Part shown: one piece after another, positions 58,901 through 64,000 of the stretch
Numbering within the stretch: the first letter of the stretch is position 1
Layout of the letters: each line of letters begins with the position of its first letter
Assembly (NCBI GenBank): GCA_013265495.1
Contig: MU057744.1
Location: 1 to 64,000 of the forward strand
Source of the DNA: Vicugna vicugna
Taxonomy: Eukaryota
Direction of reading: 5' to 3'
DNA: 64,000 nt
Program-made: the position numbers and the translations under genes
Notes under the pieces: generated by a model
What the model was told of the DNA's origin: nothing
The model's input: only the letters and a program-made list of their open reading frames with translations
Databases searched by the model: none

Positions 58901-60239
58901 GCTGGCCCTGCGCACACCTCGCAGAGACGCCGTCAGGCTCGGAGCTGGTCTGGGGCATCTGCTGCCGCGTCAGCTCAAAAGGATGCTGTGTTGTCACCAG
59001 TGGGATTCCCCAGCCAGCCGGCACCGCGGTCCCACCCACAGAGCCAGGCAGCCATCACTGAACGACGCTGTGGTTACATCACAGCTGCCGGCTTCCAGGT
59101 AGCGACTAGTAAGGGCGGGAGAGGGTCACAGGCCGCCTGCTTCTCCCATGCTCCCAGGCTCCTCCCTAATGCCCACATCCTCTCACCTGGTCTTCGAGGG
59201 GCAGCCTAGTACGAGGACAGAAAGGTAGGACTTAAAGTGGGCTCGAGTCCCAGGTCTAACAGGTGGCCGCAAAGACTCGGGTAACAGCCTCGTATTTCTC
59301 ACATCTGAGATGTAAATGTTATCATTGGCCTGCCTCCCTCGCAGGAATGGCACAAGGTGCTCATGGGACTGTGCATCGGAAAGTGCTTTGAAGCCGTCAT
59401 GGACCACACCAAGGTAAGTGGTGAGTAAAAGAAGCGAAACCTACTGTCTGAGCATGCTTTCCCCAGCCAGCAGCCTCTGCCCCGAGCGGAACCGGGCACC
59501 CAGACCAGCATGTGGTTAAATGCTCCTTCATCTCCTACCCGGAAAGGAGGCACCATCGCTCACCTTTCTGCTCGGAAAACAGGAAACGGAGGCCAGCCAG
59601 GAGGGAGACCAGAGCCCCAGGCTCTCCAGGCTGCCTGGGCAGTGCAGCCGGATGCCTGGCTTCTGGTTACCTGCTCAGAGACAGCCACGTCCACTGGAGC
59701 AGGAATCTGCAGCAAAGAGAATCCTCTGGCAACCCCAGGGGCGGCAGGGTCAGTCTGCTAGGACAGAGAACTGCTGGCTAATCCAGCAACTCGGAGGAGC
59801 CAGGTCAGCAGGAAGCACTGCACCTAGACATGAGCGTGTCCAGTAACTGCTCAGTAAGTGTCAGCTAGTAAGCCTTTTTTGATTTCCCCATAAAGGTGAG
59901 GAATCTATTCGATCTGCACAAGAGAAGGTGGGCAGGGGAGAAGGAAAAAACTGCTCGGGGGAGCCAACTGATTCCCTCTTCCCTGCAGAAACGTGACCAG
60001 TATCAGCACGAAAGAGGCAAAGAGGGAGAAAAAAAAACAAACAGGCTTGTAGGGTCAGGCAAATCTAGACTTGCAGGCCAGCCTTCTTCTCGCTGGTTCT
60101 GGGTCCACAGAGAGGCTCTGTATTGTCCTGGGGCCTCCGTTTCTCCAGTGACCGTCCTCCCAGGATTGCTATAAGGATTAAGCAGCGCCACGTGCGCCTG
60201 GACCGAAGTTAACATTCAACGAAGGCTGGTTTCTCTCTG

Positions 60240-60766
60240 GGAAAGACGGCAAAATATGGCTGCAAATTTTTCCTCTCTTAGCAAGCATGCCCCTTGGCAA
60301 GGACTTAGCTCCTACTCTCACCAAGAGTTAGAGCCCATTTCCCTTATCCCTAGAATCTAGGGTCGCCTGGGACTTGCTTTAGCCAGTAGGATTGAGCAGA
60401 GGTAACAGTGGGGACTTGCGAGGCTGGCCCTTACCGCTTCCACTCTTGCTCTTGTGAAATGCGGCTCAGAGACCACCGTGCAAGGCAGCTGGTCGAGCCT
60501 GCTGAAGAGGGGAGGCCGTATGGAGAAGTGAGGTCCCCCAACTTGACCGCCAGCACCAGCTGCCAGACATGTGACAGAGGCCATCCTGAGATGACCTTGC
60601 AGCCGAGCTGAGCCTCTGGCCGAATGAAGCCACGTGAGTGTGCCCAGGCAGAATCGGCAGAGACACTGCCAAGCTAACCCGTAAGACCATGAAAAACAAT
60701 AAATCCTTGCTGTGTTAAGTCACTGAGCCTCAGGCTGATCTATTACGCAGCAAATTTTACCGCAAC
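60240..60766 (+). mobile_element. Older MLT1 (G/H-like) MaLR solo LTR
   Basis: GACTTGCTTTAGCCAGTAG, CAGCACCAGCTGCCAGACATGTGA, AATAAAT..TGCTGTGTTAAGTCACTGAG, ending AACA. Confidence 0.8.
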
Positions 60767-61049
60767 ACCTTTCCTGTGCCTCACCTCCAAATGATCTTCT
60801 CCCCTGAGTTCTGTTGAATTTCCCCTCGCCACACTTGGCAGGTTATTCAGTGAAATACTAACTGAGAATTTGTCAGGACCAGGAGCTGGGATCAGCCCAT
60901 CAGGAAGTCATTTTCACGTACACATGTTACAGCAGTTCATCAATCAAACAAATAAACAGCATCTACCCAAGCTGAGACTTACCAAGTATACCTGTTCTCT
61001 ATTTAAAATAGATCACAGATTCAGCCGTTCATCCCACCTTTCCCTGCTT

Positions 61050-61765
61050 CCACCACAATCTCTTGCCTGGAAAACAGTAACATCCTCCTAGCTGGTCCCC
61101 CCCCCTTTGAATTCTACCACCTTACATATGGCCATTCTCCAGGGAGAGGTTTTTGAAATATATTCACTCAGCCAACAAAAATTTAGTTTTAAGCAGAAAT
61201 ATCTACCTCCGTAGAATATACATTCTAGTTGGCACTTTCAAAATTAATAAGTAAAACAATAAATAAAATATGTGATGATAAGTACATTTATAAATAAGAT
61301 GTGTGTAGCAGGCATGAGGTCCCCAGTACCTCCATCAAAAATGAATGAATGAATGAATAAACCTAATTACCTCCCCCCTCAAGAAAAAAGAATATTAAAA
61401 AATAAAATAAAATGAATTGCTTTTAAAAAAAAAAGAAAAAGACCAGTGGGAATACCAAGGGCAAAGACTTTGAAGCAGAAGCATGTCTGGCAAACTTGAG
61501 AAATGGGAAGGAGGTCAGCGTGGCCGTAGTACAATGAGCAAGGAGGACAGTGGTATGAGATGAGTGCAAAGATTTAACAGGGAAGACAGGTCGGGAAAAA
61601 TCAGACCACTTGGTACCTGACAAGCCGATGTCAAGACTCAGGGGTTTGCTCTAGAGACATAGAGAGCCACTGAAGCATTTTTATCAACAGTCATGGCGCT
61701 ATGACCTGATGTACACCTTAATGGTGCCATTCTGAATAATGTGTTGAATACAGACTGAAGAAGAT
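61050..61765. mobile_element. L2 fragments (plus-strand piece ~61050-61160; minus-strand pieces ~61160-61295 and ~61440-61765)
   Basis: ATCTCTTGCCTGG..CCTCCTAGCTGGTC; CAAAGACTTTGAAGCAGAAGCATGTCTGGCA..AAGGAGGTCAGCGTGGC..GAGCCACTGAAG. Confidence 0.65.
61299..61415 (+). mobile_element. Partial tRNA-Ala-derived SINE (head deleted), long form
   Basis: CCCCAGTACCTCCATC..AAACCTAATTACCTCCCCCC plus A-rich tail. Confidence 0.8.
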
Positions 61766-61789
61766 TCTGGGATGATGCTTATAGCATTA

Positions 61790-61892
61790 TTTTTTCTTTT
61801 ACTTTTTTTTTTTAATGGAGGTACTGGGGGTTGAACTCAGGACCTCGTGCCTGTTAAGCATATGCTTTACCACTGAGATGTACCCTTCCCCC
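61790..61892 (-). mobile_element. tRNA-Ala-derived SINE (Vic-1-type), short form
   Basis: Flanked by CTTATAGCATTATTTT and CTTACAGCATCATTTT. Confidence 0.9.
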
Positions 61893-61904
61893 TTACAGCA
61901 TCAT

Positions 61905-64000
61905 TTTTGAATTTTCCTAAATTCCACTATGAAAAAGATCGTACAAGTGGTACAGAACAGCAAAAACAGAAATTTGTGGACAATCTGTACCACAATTTGT
62001 ACCACAAAACTCTACCACAAGACTACCTTGACAGAGTATCTCCACACTCCTCCAGATGTCAGTGGACAGGGACAAACCACCAACAGATACAAGACATGAG
62101 TAGGATTAACATCTGTACAAGAAGAAGCAAAGGAGAGAATCAGGGATCTGACAAACTTGGAAATCTCAAAATAGCTAACAGGTACTCAGTGGGAAGCTGA
62201 GAGAGCCAGTCTGAAGGGTTTTCCCCACTCAAGTGATGGGTGACTCCAAAGAGGGTGCAGTAAAGGTCCAAAAGGGTGAGAGCTGTCTGGGACAAATGAA
62301 AGGGCCATGGAAAAGGGGTAAAGGGGCCAGAGCCTGGAGACTTGAGAAAGTAAGCCAATGTCCTCTTAAGCGCTACATGGAAACCACAGAAGAGGAAATT
62401 CCAGAGCAGTGAAGTTAGAGAAACCAAGTGGGCCTATGTCTACCAGAGATTCAGAAAAACTGATTTCATGTAAAAATCTTCAACAGCAACAAAAACATAC
62501 AAAGTTGTTTAGGGAAGAAAATATTAAAGTCACAGGATCACACATAGACCTTAACACATGCCAGAAAGACATACCCAGAAAACAAGTGACATCTACAATT
62601 TATTTCCAAAAAAGCTAAAAGAACAACATAAATCAGAGCTAGAAAAACTCAGAAGCAAAATGATGGAATTCAGTATCAGAAATTTTTAAAAATCACGTCA
62701 GAAATGAGATTAAGTGTAAAAGAAGACAAGGTAGTGATGTTGTGATATAATAGGAAATATACACTTGGTCTTCATCCCACTGCCTGGCACAGAGCTTCCT
62801 GAATGACAGGGTTGAGAGGGGATGTTATTCCTAATAAGACCCTTTCGACCATACTCAACTTTATGCTAATGAGGTGACCCTTGGTGGGTCCCTAGATAAC
62901 TTCGGGGGGGAGGAGGGGGCTGGTTGCCAGAGGAAACAACCATATGATAAAAGGGTTGAGACTTTCAGCCCCATTCCTCAACCTCCAGTGAGGGGAAGGG
63001 GACTGGGGTTGAGCTAATCACCAGTGGCTGATGATTTGATCAATCATGCTTATGCAATGAAACTTCCATTAAAACCTGAACAAAAGGGTTCAAAGAGCTT
63101 CCAGGTTGGTGACGACATCCCTGTTCCAGGAGGGTGGTGCACTGCCAACTCCTCCAAGACAGGAGCTCCGGCCCTTGAGACCCTTGCAGACCTTGCCCTA
63201 TGTACCTCTTCCTCTGACTTCATCAGTGTTTCCCTTGGCTCCATGAAGCAGTGTAGGAAATTACTGAATCTGAGGAAGTGCTCATGGGAATCCCCAGTTT
63301 GTAGCCAAATCAGACAGAAGTGTGGCTAATCTGGGGACCCACTACTTGTGATTGACGCATGAAGTGGGAAGCAGTCTTGTGGGACTGGGCCCTTAACCTG
63401 TAGGGTCTGCACTAACTCCAGGTAGTTAGTGTCTGAATGAATCAAATTGTAAGACACCTGGCTGATGTCCACAGAGACCGGGAGAATTGTTTGGTGTGGA
63501 AAACTCACACATGTGGTCAGAAGTGTTACGAGTAGAAACAGATTATAGTAGTATAAAGAGTGCCGAAATCCAGCAGATAACACCTTAAGAGAAACAGAAA
63601 ATTTAAAGGAAAAAAAATCAAATCAAAAGAAATGAAGAAACATGAAAAAGGATTTGAGAGAAAGTAACAAATAGAGAAGACAGGCAATGAATATCCAACA
63701 TTGTGTAATAGGAATCCCTGAACCGTACAACCAGAGCAAGGGACAGAACCACAGCTAAAAGCTACAGTCCAAGAAAACTCCTCTGAAATTAAATATCAAA
63801 AAAATTTGAAATTACATATATAAAGTTAAAATCAACCCAGAATGAGTAATACCAGAACATATTCGATAAAATTTCTAGACTTTAAATATATCCTTTAGAC
63901 ATCCAGGTAAAAAGACCAAGCTGCTAATAAGAGAAAGAAAATCAGATGGTCATCAGATTTCTCAATGGCCACACTTTGTGCCAGGAGAACAGATGGAAAG
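61905..64000 (+). mobile_element. HAL1/old-L1 5' region and decayed ORF1, split by an LTR and running off the window
   Basis: A-rich; GAAGACAGGCAA..ATCCAACAT..GGAATCCCTGAA, CCAAGAAAACTCCTCTGAAAT, AAGAAAATCAGATGGTCATCAGATTTCTCAA. Confidence 0.65.
62733..63545 (+). mobile_element. MER21-family endogenous retrovirus solo LTR
   Basis: GTGATGTTGTGATATAATAGGAAATATA start, TTTATGCTAATGAGGTGAC, GGGGCTGGTTGCCAGAGGAA.CAACC, AGCTTCCAGGTTGGTGA, CAGTCTTGTGGGACTG. Confidence 0.85.

Noticed and set aside
61975..62030. Short imperfect ~12-bp tandem (ACAATCTGTACC/ACAATTTGTACC) and similar small repeats considered as array-like structures
   Set aside because: Only a few degenerate adjacent units with no spacers; ordinary slippage in a eukaryotic repeat, not CRISPR-like.
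1..64000. Assignment to a named locus or lncRNA
   Set aside because: No diagnostic exon was recognised; synteny mapping by BLAT or liftOver is needed before naming it.

Overview
Mammalian genomic DNA with no protein-coding gene, rRNA, true tRNA gene or CRISPR array that I can recognise. The dominant young SINE is a near-complete tRNA-Ala(AGC) head plus an A-rich tail, matching the camelid Vic-1-type SINE as I recall it, and the young L1 3' ends look artiodactyl-type. The source is therefore most likely a camelid (inference). About 15 such SINEs, many L1 fragments, MIR, L2, MER58A/MER5A DNA-transposon fossils, and MLT1 and MER21 solo LTRs are interspersed with unique GC-rich DNA. The unique DNA holds an orphan CpG island (~27.8-28.3 kb) and several motif-dense, CpG-retaining elements (AP-1, NF-kB, STAT, SOX, NRF1/NF-Y, DR1), so the window reads like an enhancer-rich intergenic or long-intron/lncRNA region. 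I could not identify the locus. The best-supported unusual signals are (1) localised patches where L1 fossils are shifted from A/T to G/C, consistent with GC-biased gene conversion, (2) a twin-primed, 5'-inverted L1 insertion, and (3) a SINE-head/L1-tail chimera. I found no evidence of a new protein-coding system. Repeat subfamily names come from remembered consensus motifs and need RepeatMasker/Dfam confirmation; most boundaries are approximate.
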